The position numbers and the translations under genes are program-made. Below, one piece after another: positions 27,765 to 37,264 of a stretch of 38,726 bases of DNA (positions are counted from its first letter, which is position 1; each line of letters starts with the position of its first letter). Source of the stretch: Sulfurimonas sp. (GTDB lineage: Bacteria; Campylobacterota; Campylobacteria; Campylobacterales; Sulfurimonadaceae); the NCBI GenBank assembly GCA_027063295.1, contig JAMORZ010000125.1, positions 1 to 38,726 of the forward strand, read 5' to 3'. The notes under the pieces were generated by a model. That model did not search any database. It was given only the letters and a program-made list of their open reading frames with translations, and was not told the origin of the DNA.

Positions 27765-29072
27765 TTGAAAAAAACAGGATTAGCAGCTTTTTTATGTTTT
27801 ACACTCTCTCTTCAAGCCCTTACACTTGATGAAGCGGTGCAAACAGCATTGAACAACTCTGTAGAGATAAAAAAGATCTCCATGGATGTAGAACTTGCAA
27901 AAGAGAACATCAAAGAGAAAAAAGCTTCCCATTATGGTAGAGTTGATTTTCAAGGCTCATACACCCACTACAATCTACCACGAACACTTACACCTCTCAC
28001 CCCTGCCAGTATGGTAAATGGAGCAGCACAAATCCCTACAACACAAGATATTTTTGTTGCGGGTGTTGCTTACAATGTCAATCTGTTTACAGGTATGAGT
28101 GATACACACTCCATAGAGATAGCAAACCTTCAAAAAGAGATGGCAAAAAACATCACTGCACTAAGCAGTGAACAAATCATATACAATGTAAAGACTCTTT
28201 ACACAAATATCTTGGCTCTCAATGCCCAGATAGATGCACAGCAAGAGTATGTGGAAGCTCTTAAAAAGCTTCACGAGGATATTGAGCTTAAAGTCAAACT
28301 TGAAACACTCTCAAGAATTGATGAGCTTAAATCTCTTGCAGAGCTTAACCATGCAAAAAATGATCTTAAAAAGATCACAACAAACAGAGATATCCTTAAA
28401 GAGAGTCTTGCAACACTGATGTTTGTAGATACCATCTCCAACCTTGAACCTATAGATATTAAAGTAGATGAGATACCACTAAAGCAAAACAACTATAAAG
28501 CAACACTTATGCAGAGTAAAAAACTCACCCTCTCAAAACAATCTATCCAAAAGAGTATAAAGCAAGAACAGATAGCCTCTGCATCATACTATCCAAAAGT
28601 TGCACTCAATGCATACTACGGACAGAGTGCGGGTTACAACGATGCAACAAATCCAAAACCTGATGAGTTTAACCATGAACAGCTTTGGCAAATAGGTATT
28701 GACCTGAAGTGGAACATCTTTGACTTTGGAAAAACATCATCACTCACACAAAAAAGTAAAATCGCTACACTTCAAGCACAACTCGATGAAGCACAGACAA
28801 AAAGAGAGCTTACAAAAGATCTCAAAGAGGCTCTAAGCAAGATTGAACTTGCTATATCAAGCTACAAGAGTGCACAAAGTGAACTCTCACTTATGGAAGA
28901 GACTCAAAAGATAGAACAGATCCGTTACGACAATGGTGCTAGTGATATCAACGATCTACTCTATACAAAAGCTCGTTACCAACTTGCACACAGTGGCTTT
29001 ATCAATGCTCGTTATGAGTATCAAAATGCCATCGACTACCTCAACTATATTCTTGAAAAAGGAAACAAATAA
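27765..29072 (+). CDS. TolC-family outer-membrane efflux protein
   Basis: Signal peptide, LTLDEAVQTALNNS, YYPKVAL, WNIFDFG; SD AAAGGA before TTG. Confidence 0.9.
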   Translation: MKKTGLAAFLCFTLSLQALTLDEAVQTALNNSVEIKKISMDVELAKENIKEKKASHYGRVDFQGSYTHYNLPRTLTPLTPASMVNGAAQIPTTQDIFVAGVAYNVNLFTGMSDTHSIEIANLQKEMAKNITALSSEQIIYNVKTLYTNILALNAQIDAQQEYVEALKKLHEDIELKVKLETLSRIDELKSLAELNHAKNDLKKITTNRDILKESLATLMFVDTISNLEPIDIKVDEIPLKQNNYKATLMQSKKLTLSKQSIQKSIKQEQIASASYYPKVALNAYYGQSAGYNDATNPKPDEFNHEQLWQIGIDLKWNIFDFGKTSSLTQKSKIATLQAQLDEAQTKRELTKDLKEALSKIELAISSYKSAQSELSLMEETQKIEQIRYDNGASDINDLLYTKARYQLAHSGFINARYEYQNAIDYLNYILEKGNK

Positions 29073-30142
29073 TGAAAAAAATACTTATCATCATCCCTAT
29101 TATTGCTCTTGTTGCTTTAGCAGCATCAAAACTTATCGCAACAAAAAAAGAGATAGCTTCACAAGCGACCCCTTTAGCACTTAACTACACCATCAAAACA
29201 ACACACACACAAGAAAAAGAGGTTGCACAAAAACATACTTATCTTGCCAATGTCAAAAGTGACAAAGAGGTACAGATCATGACAAAACTCTCTGGTGTTA
29301 TTACAAAACTTTATGTAAGTGAAAGTGACGAAGTAAAAAAGGGTAATTTACTCGTAAGTATTGATGACTCATCACTTCTAAGTTCACTCAAAACACTCAA
29401 AAAAAATTTTGAAGTTCAAAAAAGTGATGTAGAGTACTACACAACTATTCAAGAAAGAAATGAAAAACTCTATAAAGCAAATGCAATATCTAAAGAGAAA
29501 TATGATGCTTCAAAACTTCAACTCTTAACGAAAAAAGCGGCTATGGAAGCTACTAAAGATAAGATCAGTTCTATCAAATCTGATCTTACTTACCTTCAGG
29601 TAAGAGCACCTTTTAGCGGTGTTGTATCTTCTATATACATGCACAAAGGTGATCTTGCATCACCACAAAAGCCTATCCTTTCACTCAGTGCTAAAAAACA
29701 AAAAATGACTTTTAGTTATGCTTCTACAAAAGGTGATGTAAATATTGGAGATAAAATTTTAGTAGAGGGTGAAGATGTTGGTGTTATCTCAAAAATCTAT
29801 CCAAATGCAAAAAACAACCTCAATATTGCTGAAGTAAAACTCTCTAAAATTCTTCACTTAAGAAATGATTCTTATGTTTCTATTGAAGTTGTTACGCGCA
29901 CACAAAAAGGGTGTAGTGTACCACTAAGTTCTATTCTTCACACAAAAGATGCTACATATATTTTAGTCTTTGAAGATAAAAAATTCTCAAAACTTAAAGT
30001 GGATGTTTTACTGGAAAACGATGCAGAAGCGATCATTTCTCCTTGTAGTGATCTACCTATTGCACAAGCAAGCGAGTCAAAACTTGCAGTACTTCCTTTT
30101 TATGAAAATTTAACACTTGTTGGAGAGAGTGATGAAAAATAG
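29072..30142 (+). CDS. RND efflux periplasmic adaptor
   Basis: SGVITKLYVSESDEVKKG and VRAPFSGVV lipoyl-like halves. Confidence 0.9.
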   Translation: MKKILIIIPIIALVALAASKLIATKKEIASQATPLALNYTIKTTHTQEKEVAQKHTYLANVKSDKEVQIMTKLSGVITKLYVSESDEVKKGNLLVSIDDSSLLSSLKTLKKNFEVQKSDVEYYTTIQERNEKLYKANAISKEKYDASKLQLLTKKAAMEATKDKISSIKSDLTYLQVRAPFSGVVSSIYMHKGDLASPQKPILSLSAKKQKMTFSYASTKGDVNIGDKILVEGEDVGVISKIYPNAKNNLNIAEVKLSKILHLRNDSYVSIEVVTRTQKGCSVPLSSILHTKDATYILVFEDKKFSKLKVDVLLENDAEAIISPCSDLPIAQASESKLAVLPFYENLTLVGESDEK

Positions 30143-33100
30143 TTCTTGGATAGAATCTCTTCTGAAGAGACCCTATTTTATCTACTCCTTTTTAACCCTT
30201 TTTGTCTTCATAGGGCTTGTTGGGTATCAAAAACTAGATAGAAAACTTTTTCCAGATTCAAACTACCCTGAGATTGCTGTAGTGGTTGTTCAGCCTGGTG
30301 GAAGTGCCAAAACACTCGCAGCAAATGTAAGTGTTCCCATAGAGGAGGAGCTTTATACTCTTGATGATATTCGCCGTGTGTACTCCACAACAATCGACGA
30401 GGTAAGTGTTATAAGAGCTGAGTTTGAATACTCCAAAAACCTCGATATGGCAGCAAGTGATGTAACAAACTCCCTCAACAAGATCCGCTCATCTTTGCCT
30501 AACAACATCAAAGAGCCACAGGTACATAAAATCTCCTCTGCAACAGCACCAATCATCGTTATCGCAGCAAGTGGAGCAGACCTTGAGAGTATAAGAGATC
30601 TTGCACAAAACGACATAAAACACAGGCTTTTAAAGATACAAGGTGTTGCAAATATTGATATCTTTGGTGGATACAAAAAAGAGATCCAAATCATCATCGA
30701 TAAAAACAAACTTGATGAAAACGGACTAAGTTTTGCAACAGTTTTAGCCAAGATAGAAAAAACTTCTCAAGACTATACAGTAGGTTTCATCACCAACAAC
30801 ACAAGTCGCTACCTGCTCAAAGTCAATGGCAAACGCAACACTATAGCCAAACTAAAATCTATACAAATCACACAAAACATCGCTTTAAAAGATGTGGCAA
30901 AAGTGTACTTTGGACACTACGAAAACTCTGCTGAGTATTTTGGAAATGGAAAAGAGGCTATCGCTATTGCCGTGCAACGCTCAGAACATGCAGATGTTGT
31001 TAAAACGATAGAAAAAGTGGAAAAAGAGCTTGAAAAAATCAAGAAAGAGTACAAAGGGCTTGATTTTGAGATTACAGATACACAAAAAGATACTATCGTT
31101 TTAAGTACTCAAAATATGTTCTCATCACTTCTTGATGCGATTATCCTCTCAACTATTGTTGTATTTTTGTTTTTGGGAAGCTTCAGACAAGTACTTGTTG
31201 TACTTTTTACCATCCCTATCGTTTATGCTTCTACTATCGCACTTATGTGGATAGTAGGGATTGAGTTTAATGTTGTAACCCTTACAGCTATCATCTTGGC
31301 ACTTGGTCTGCTTCTTGATGATACTGTTGTTGTTATGGAGAACATCGAACGTCACTACAGAGAGCTTCACGATGAGATACACAAATCTGTTTTTGCAGGA
31401 ACGAGGGAGATTATGTTCGCTGATTTATCTGGTACTATCACTACGATGATAGCACTCTCCCCTATGCTCTTTGTAGGTGGTTACCCTCAAACTGTATTTC
31501 AACCACTTGTTGGAACACTTCTTTTGGCACTTGTAGCATCTTATGTTATCTCCATCACTGCTGTACCTCTTCTCTCTTTAAAGCTTTTAGCACTCAAAAA
31601 TGAGAAACTTCTTGCACTTGAGAGCTGGTTTAATAACCTAACAAACATCGCAAATAACCACACACACAGATTTTTTGCTACTATCTTACATGCAGCACTT
31701 AAACGCAAATCTGTAGCAATAGGATACTTTGTTGTACTGTTTGTGTTGTTTGCTATAAGTGTTAGAGGTGTTATGCCAACTGTTGGTAAAGAGCTGATGC
31801 CACCTATGGATACAGGTGGAGTTAAAATCTCTATAGTAACCGACTCTAACCTTCCAATAGAAACAACAAGAGAGATCTTAAAAAAAGCAAATGTGATCAT
31901 TGCCAAAAATGGAAAACTTGATTATCTCTCAAGCTCCATAGGGAGTGAAGCTGGGGTTTTAAGTATAGGGAGCGGCAGTGGGATTGACCATATCGCTATC
32001 ACAGCAACTTATGTAAACCGCTACAAGAGAGAGGAGAGCATCTGGGATATTGAACATCGTCTGCGTGAACAACTCAGCCAGATCGAGCATATCAAATCTT
32101 TAGATGTTGTTGATTATGGTGCTACAGCTCTTGCATCACTTCGTGCTAACATAGATGTAACACTCTATGCAAAAGATTTTCACAAACTGCTTCAAGCAGC
32201 AGATGAGGTAAAAGATGCGATGAACCACACACAGGGGGTTGTGAGTGTATCCACCACATGGAATATGGACAAGATTGTATATAACCTTAACATTGATGAG
32301 CAAAAGCTCCACTTCTATGGTGTCAATATGGCAGAGGTTACATCACAGGTGCAACTTCTTCTGCGTGGAAAAATTGTTACAACATTTCCTCTGCTAAACG
32401 CAACAGACTACAATGTGCTTGTTTGGGTCGATGAGAAGATGCGAGACTCCAAAGAGAAGATACTCTCCATGCTTATCGATACACCAAAAGGGAAAATCCC
32501 ACTCAATGCGATTGCTACAATCTCACAAAATAAAGAGCCTAGTATCATCACTCGTGAGGGGCTTATGTACACCCTTAATGTGTATGGATTTAGAGAAAAA
32601 GCAGCCATCTCACACATTATGGATAACTTTGAAAAAGCATTTGAGGGTAAAAAACTCCCAGATGGTGTAGAGATGGAGCAAACTGGTGACATCAAACAGT
32701 TTAAATCCTCTGCAGCTCGTATGATCAGTGCTATTGGTTTTGCTGTTGTACTTATCTTTTTTACCATCATTACACTCTTTAACAGTGTGAAGATCTCGCT
32801 GATGATCATCCTCTCGATTCCACTCACTATCATAGGTGCTTCATGGACGATGCTTTTTATGGATTATCACACCTCAATGCCAGCGATGATGGGATTTATC
32901 TTGCTTAGTGGTATCATCGTAAACAATGCCATCTTGCTTATCCACTTTGCACAAGAGAAGATCCAAGAAGGACTTAGTAAAACTGATGCAATGTTAGAGA
33001 GTATCAAGATCCGTACCCGTCCCATCCTTATGACTGCGTTTGCTGTTGGCGCTGGTATGTGGCCAGTTGCTCAAGGGAGTGCTATCGGACTTGAAAGACT

Positions 33101-33221
33101 TGCACCACTTGGAGCAGTTGCTATTGGTGGGCTTATTGTTGGAACATTTTTAACACTTGTTTTTATCCCTCTTGTTTTTATCTGGTTTATAAAAGAAGAA
33201 AATTTAGAACAAGAGCTTTAA
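30132..33221 (+). CDS. RND efflux permease (AcrB/AcrD/AcrF family)
   Basis: GLLLDDTVVVMENI, GIIVNNAILL, RTRPILMT; ATG 30132 after GGAGAG. Confidence 0.93.
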   Translation: MKNSSWIESLLKRPYFIYSFLTLFVFIGLVGYQKLDRKLFPDSNYPEIAVVVVQPGGSAKTLAANVSVPIEEELYTLDDIRRVYSTTIDEVSVIRAEFEYSKNLDMAASDVTNSLNKIRSSLPNNIKEPQVHKISSATAPIIVIAASGADLESIRDLAQNDIKHRLLKIQGVANIDIFGGYKKEIQIIIDKNKLDENGLSFATVLAKIEKTSQDYTVGFITNNTSRYLLKVNGKRNTIAKLKSIQITQNIALKDVAKVYFGHYENSAEYFGNGKEAIAIAVQRSEHADVVKTIEKVEKELEKIKKEYKGLDFEITDTQKDTIVLSTQNMFSSLLDAIILSTIVVFLFLGSFRQVLVVLFTIPIVYASTIALMWIVGIEFNVVTLTAIILALGLLLDDTVVVMENIERHYRELHDEIHKSVFAGTREIMFADLSGTITTMIALSPMLFVGGYPQTVFQPLVGTLLLALVASYVISITAVPLLSLKLLALKNEKLLALESWFNNLTNIANNHTHRFFATILHAALKRKSVAIGYFVVLFVLFAISVRGVMPTVGKELMPPMDTGGVKISIVTDSNLPIETTREILKKANVIIAKNGKLDYLSSSIGSEAGVLSIGSGSGIDHIAITATYVNRYKREESIWDIEHRLREQLSQIEHIKSLDVVDYGATALASLRANIDVTLYAKDFHKLLQAADEVKDAMNHTQGVVSVSTTWNMDKIVYNLNIDEQKLHFYGVNMAEVTSQVQLLLRGKIVTTFPLLNATDYNVLVWVDEKMRDSKEKILSMLIDTPKGKIPLNAIATISQNKEPSIITREGLMYTLNVYGFREKAAISHIMDNFEKAFEGKKLPDGVEMEQTGDIKQFKSSAARMISAIGFAVVLIFFTIITLFNSVKISLMIILSIPLTIIGASWTMLFMDYHTSMPAMMGFILLSGIIVNNAILLIHFAQEKIQEGLSKTDAMLESIKIRTRPILMTAFAVGAGMWPVAQGSAIGLERLAPLGAVAIGGLIVGTFLTLVFIPLVFIWFIKEENLEQEL

Positions 33222-33252
33222 TCCCCTAGTTTAGGGGAGATAAAGCTCCCCT
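33222..33252 (+). terminator. Overlapping alternative hairpins after RND operon
   Basis: TCCCCTA-GTT-TAGGGGA or AGGGGAG-ATAAAG-CTCCCCT. Confidence 0.45.
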
Positions 33253-33261
33253 TACCCCTTC

Positions 33262-33289
33262 TATCACTTTTTTATCACTTTTGTATAAT
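33262..33289 (+). promoter_or_regulatory. Tandem TATCACTTTT repeat plus TATAAT upstream of hybrid kinase
   Basis: Repeats at 33262-71 and 33273-82; -10 at 33284-89. Confidence 0.5.
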
Positions 33290-33327
33290 ATAATTCAACT
33301 TTATCTTTACAGGTTTAGGAGTTTGTT

Positions 33328-35361
33328 GTGGAAAATCTCAGCACAAAACAATTGCAAGAAAAATTTGCTGAAGCAGCACAAAAAATCGATACTGCTAAAA
33401 ACAATATAGAGATCAATACTATCTTACAAGAGCTAGTAACATCATCTCTTGATGCTGAATTTTCATCTATCTGGTTTTATGATGCTAAAAAGTTTGTTTT
33501 GCTAAGGGAAAGGGAAGATTCTTATGTAAGAGAGCTTGACCTTTCTGTCAAAAAAGGGATCATCTACAAATGTTTTATGACACAAAAAAGTTCTCTTTAT
33601 AACTACCTTGCAAGTGATAAAGATTATATAGCTTCTATCGACAATCCAGATGGTATCAAAATCAAATCAAAAATCATGCTACCACTCTTTGATAAAGAAA
33701 ACTTTATCGGTATCGTTACTGCCTATAATTCCATCAACAAAAATAAAAAATTTTTCAAAGAAGATATGAAAATTCTTGAAGCACTCTCACCATTTATTGT
33801 AGAGATACTTTTTAAAATGCACCTTCCAACAAAAGAGACAAAAGAAGATACTCATATCATACAATCTATCGAAAATATCCAAAAAGTTCAACAATCTTAC
33901 GATAACAACACCACTTCTACAGAAGTTTCTGAAGATGTTTTAACATTTGTTTCTAATTTTGTTCATGATATCAGAACACCAGCAAATACTCTTTATGGTT
34001 TTTTAGAGCTTTTAGAAGAGCAGATAGAAGACTCTAGACTCAAAAGCTATCTTTGCAATGCAAAAGAGAGTGCTTTATTTATCAACGAGATGACAACCTC
34101 TGTACTTGATCTTGTTTCAAACCATAAAGAGAGTTCTCAAGATAGTTTAGAAGAGGTTGATACACTCAAATTTTTCTCTGCAATTGCAAAATCTTTTGCA
34201 TCAAATATGTTCTCAAAACACATAGCATTTAATGTTTATATAGATCCTTTACTTCCAAAATCGATAGAGATTGATGCTCTTAAGATGAAAAGAGTCATCT
34301 TGAACCTTCTTGGAAATGCTTATAAATTTACACCAAACAACAAAACAATTGAATATATAGTTCGCTATATACCAACAACACAAAAAATCGCTATTAGTAT
34401 AGAAGATACAGGGATAGGGATACCTAAAGAAAAACAAGCAGATATATTTAAAGCTTTTGAACAAGCTGCAGATACAACAGCTCTGAACTATGGGGGAACT
34501 GGTCTTGGACTTTTTATATCGGCACAATATGTTCAAAAGCTAGGTGGAGAACTACAACTAAAAAGTGAAGTAGATAAGGGGAGTCGCTTCAGTTTTGAGC
34601 TTCCTCTTAAAATCGTAGATAAACAAAACTGTTTTGCATCTCTACAAAATCCAAACACATCTGTAGCTATCGTTATGGACAATGACAACAGTTTTACAGC
34701 AAATAACCTAGCACGATATATGGTACGAATGGGGATCAAAAAAGAGAATATCTATGCTTTTAAAGATATACAAAGTGTCGATCAAACACTCTCTCATATC
34801 ATTATCTTCCAACATAAGATTGACTTTGAGACATTGAAACAAATAACACAGAGTGGGAAAAAAGTACTTTTGATCGAAGAGGATCTTTTCTCAATAAATA
34901 AAGATGATCTTTGCAATGTATGTGATGTTGTTTCACAATATGGCTACATCGCCAATGAACTCTATAAGTTTATCAACACACATAAGATCCCAAAAGTGCT
35001 TGTGGCTGATGATGATGCTATTAGTGTGATACTTATAGAAAATATTTTAGAAGAGGAGTTTTGTGAGCTAAGTATTGCAAGAGATGGACAAGAAGCACTC
35101 GATCTTATCATAGAATCGTACCAAAACAATGATCCTTTTACTTTAATATACATCGACAATGAGATGCCTCAAGTTACAGGTATTGATGTGATGAAAAGAG
35201 TTAGAGCATACGAAAAAGAGCATAACCTTCCACATATCTATACAGTATCTACCTCAGGAAATGCACCTCAAACACAAACAAATAAAGAATACTTTGACTA
35301 TATCATGGGAAAACCCTTTAGAAAAGATGATATCAAAAAAGTACTATACAAACACAACTAG
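33328..35361 (+). CDS. Cytoplasmic hybrid histidine kinase (GAF-HisKA-HATPase-REC)
   Basis: FVHDIRTP, NLLGNAYKFT, EDTGIGI, GGTGLGL, VADDD...IDNEMP...KPF; no TM. Confidence 0.9.
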   Translation: MENLSTKQLQEKFAEAAQKIDTAKNNIEINTILQELVTSSLDAEFSSIWFYDAKKFVLLREREDSYVRELDLSVKKGIIYKCFMTQKSSLYNYLASDKDYIASIDNPDGIKIKSKIMLPLFDKENFIGIVTAYNSINKNKKFFKEDMKILEALSPFIVEILFKMHLPTKETKEDTHIIQSIENIQKVQQSYDNNTTSTEVSEDVLTFVSNFVHDIRTPANTLYGFLELLEEQIEDSRLKSYLCNAKESALFINEMTTSVLDLVSNHKESSQDSLEEVDTLKFFSAIAKSFASNMFSKHIAFNVYIDPLLPKSIEIDALKMKRVILNLLGNAYKFTPNNKTIEYIVRYIPTTQKIAISIEDTGIGIPKEKQADIFKAFEQAADTTALNYGGTGLGLFISAQYVQKLGGELQLKSEVDKGSRFSFELPLKIVDKQNCFASLQNPNTSVAIVMDNDNSFTANNLARYMVRMGIKKENIYAFKDIQSVDQTLSHIIIFQHKIDFETLKQITQSGKKVLLIEEDLFSINKDDLCNVCDVVSQYGYIANELYKFINTHKIPKVLVADDDAISVILIENILEEEFCELSIARDGQEALDLIIESYQNNDPFTLIYIDNEMPQVTGIDVMKRVRAYEKEHNLPHIYTVSTSGNAPQTQTNKEYFDYIMGKPFRKDDIKKVLYKHN

Positions 35362-35370
35362 GAGAAAACT

Positions 35371-35892
35371 ATGACAAAACCACAACCAAATGAAACTGAA
35401 CATATCGTCAAAAATGTTGATCTTATCGTATCTAAATCAGATGCAGAGGGAAACATCACTTATGTAAACCCTATCTTTGTTAAAATATCTGGATATTCAC
35501 AAGCATCTCTACTAGAGCAACCCCATTCAATCTTAAGACATCCAGATATGCCAAAAGTGATCTTTGAATATCTTTGGAAAAATATCAAAGAAGGAAAAGA
35601 TGTTGTTGCTTATGTAAAAAATCTTTGTGCTGATGGTGGCTACTACTGGGTACTTGCAACCGTTAAGATGGCAAAAAATCCAGATGGAAGCTTTAGAAAC
35701 TATATGTCAACACGTCGCTGTATCACTCAAGAAGCAAAAGATCAGATCTCACAGTTTTACAAAGAACTTTTAGATGTTGAAAAAGAACAAAGCTACGAGG
35801 CTTCTTATGAGATGTTTGAAAACTTCTTAACAAAGCACAACATTTATGATAATCAAGCATTTAACACATATATGAAAAGCTTAAATAAATAA
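35371..35892 (+). CDS. Stand-alone Aer/CetB-type PAS protein
   Basis: ITYVNPIFVKISGYS...HSILRHPDMPK...W, VKNLCADGGYYWV. Confidence 0.88.
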   Translation: MTKPQPNETEHIVKNVDLIVSKSDAEGNITYVNPIFVKISGYSQASLLEQPHSILRHPDMPKVIFEYLWKNIKEGKDVVAYVKNLCADGGYYWVLATVKMAKNPDGSFRNYMSTRRCITQEAKDQISQFYKELLDVEKEQSYEASYEMFENFLTKHNIYDNQAFNTYMKSLNK

Positions 35893-35902
35893 AGGAAAAA
35901 TA

Positions 35903-36292
35903 ATGATCGATTTTAATGAAAAAATGAAAAAACTCTCAAGTGTACATGGCTACTTAGGTTCAGCTGTCCTTAACTACTCTGGTGAAACTCTCTATATCGA
36001 TGAAGAAAATACAGGTACTGACATCGGTTATGCTTCTGCTATTTTCAATGACTCATTTCGCTCTATCAATGAAGCATCACTCGATATCGGTTTTAGTGAT
36101 ATCTCATCATTTGAAACTAAAACACAAGATGGGCATGTTTTTTTGATGAGAAGTGCAAGTGCTAGCGTTGAAGATACACTTTCCAAGATAGATATTTTTT
36201 GTATCTTTAGAGATGATGGAAATATTGCTCTTGCAAAAATGGTTATCGAAAAATCAGCAAAAATTATCTCCGAAGAGTTAGTAAAGATATAA
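35903..36292 (+). CDS. Roadblock/LC7-like small protein
   Basis: LSSVHGYLGSAVLNYSGETL N-terminus and GNIALAKM C-terminal helix; 129 aa. Confidence 0.55.
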   Translation: MIDFNEKMKKLSSVHGYLGSAVLNYSGETLYIDEENTGTDIGYASAIFNDSFRSINEASLDIGFSDISSFETKTQDGHVFLMRSASASVEDTLSKIDIFCIFRDDGNIALAKMVIEKSAKIISEELVKI

Positions 36293-36296
36293 CTAG

Positions 36297-36833
36297 ATGA
36301 AAACAATCTACTTTATCCGTCATGCGAAAACAAAAAACCTTCAACGGGGTGAGAGTGACTTTGAACGCTCACTCAAACAAAAAGCCTATAAACAAATAAG
36401 TATCATAGGATCTTACTTAAAACTTAGAAAGATACAACCTGATCTTATCTTATCATCTTGTTCTCTTAGAGCCCAAGATACTAGTTTAAAGCTTGCAGAA
36501 AAACTTGAATATGAGGGAAAGATAGAGTACTTTAAAGAGCTTTATGTAGCTCCTAATGAAGAGGTTATTGAGATACTTAAAGCACAAGATGATGCACAGA
36601 AAACTCTGTTTGTTGTAGGTCACAATCCATTTTTAAGTGAACTTGTAAATATCCTAAGTAGTGAACATATTGCAAAGATTCCGACAATGGGTGTTGTGTG
36701 TGTCCATTTTGAGCAAGAAAAGTGGAGTGAGATTGAAAAAACAAAAGGAAGAGTAGAATTTTTCATCTTTCCTAAACAATTTCAATACTATTTACCTCAA
36801 GAGTTTAGGACTGCTTCGGTAATCATACCTTAA
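36297..36833 (+). CDS. sixA: SixA-like phosphohistidine phosphatase
   Basis: FIRHAK, DFERSL, VGHNP. Confidence 0.85.
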   Translation: MKTIYFIRHAKTKNLQRGESDFERSLKQKAYKQISIIGSYLKLRKIQPDLILSSCSLRAQDTSLKLAEKLEYEGKIEYFKELYVAPNEEVIEILKAQDDAQKTLFVVGHNPFLSELVNILSSEHIAKIPTMGVVCVHFEQEKWSEIEKTKGRVEFFIFPKQFQYYLPQEFRTASVIIP

Positions 36834-36859
36834 TTGAGCTTGTTTTATACAAGCTCAAT
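36833..36859. terminator. Hairpin between convergent units
   Basis: ATTGAGCTTGT-TTTAT-ACAAGCTCAAT, 11-bp perfect stem. Confidence 0.75.
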
Positions 36860-36892
36860 AAGGAGAAAATCAACTAAGCATACATTGAGAAA

Positions 36893-37194
36893 TTATATGC
36901 TGGAGAGCTTTGAGAAGTTTGTGTGTTTGATTGCGCTCATCAAAATAGCCATAGGGTTGACAACTTTTTTTGGCATATATTTTACATCAACACTTTTCCC
37001 TGTATCTAACCTTGTAAAACGTACATCACCTACAATATCTGCATCATATAAAAGTAACTCTCTACGGTTAAATTTACCTGTAGGTATACCGCCAAAACCA
37101 TAATTTGTTGTTGCACCTGTAATGTTTGATAAAACACACCCTACAACACCTGCATTATAGTTTCAATATCATCAAAAAATTGGAGGTATTACAT
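36893..37194 (-). pseudogene. FmdE-like protein remnant
   Basis: SD AAGGA, then ATG TAA YLQFFDDIETI; another frame gives NAGVVGCVLSNITGATTNYGFGGIPTGKFNRRELL...FTRLDTGKSV; family call from recollection. Confidence 0.6.
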
Positions 37195-37264
37195 AAGATA
37201 TCCTTTTTCTTTTTTATCTTAAAAACTATACTCCTATATTGTTACTTAAATGTTAACATCTCCA

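Noticed and set aside
27115-33221. Mobile island containing TA remnant and RND pump
   Set aside because: No integrase, transposase, tRNA or flanking repeats seen
36834-37103. 89-aa plus-strand ORF
   Set aside because: Antisense shadow of the FmdE-like remnant; starts inside a hairpin
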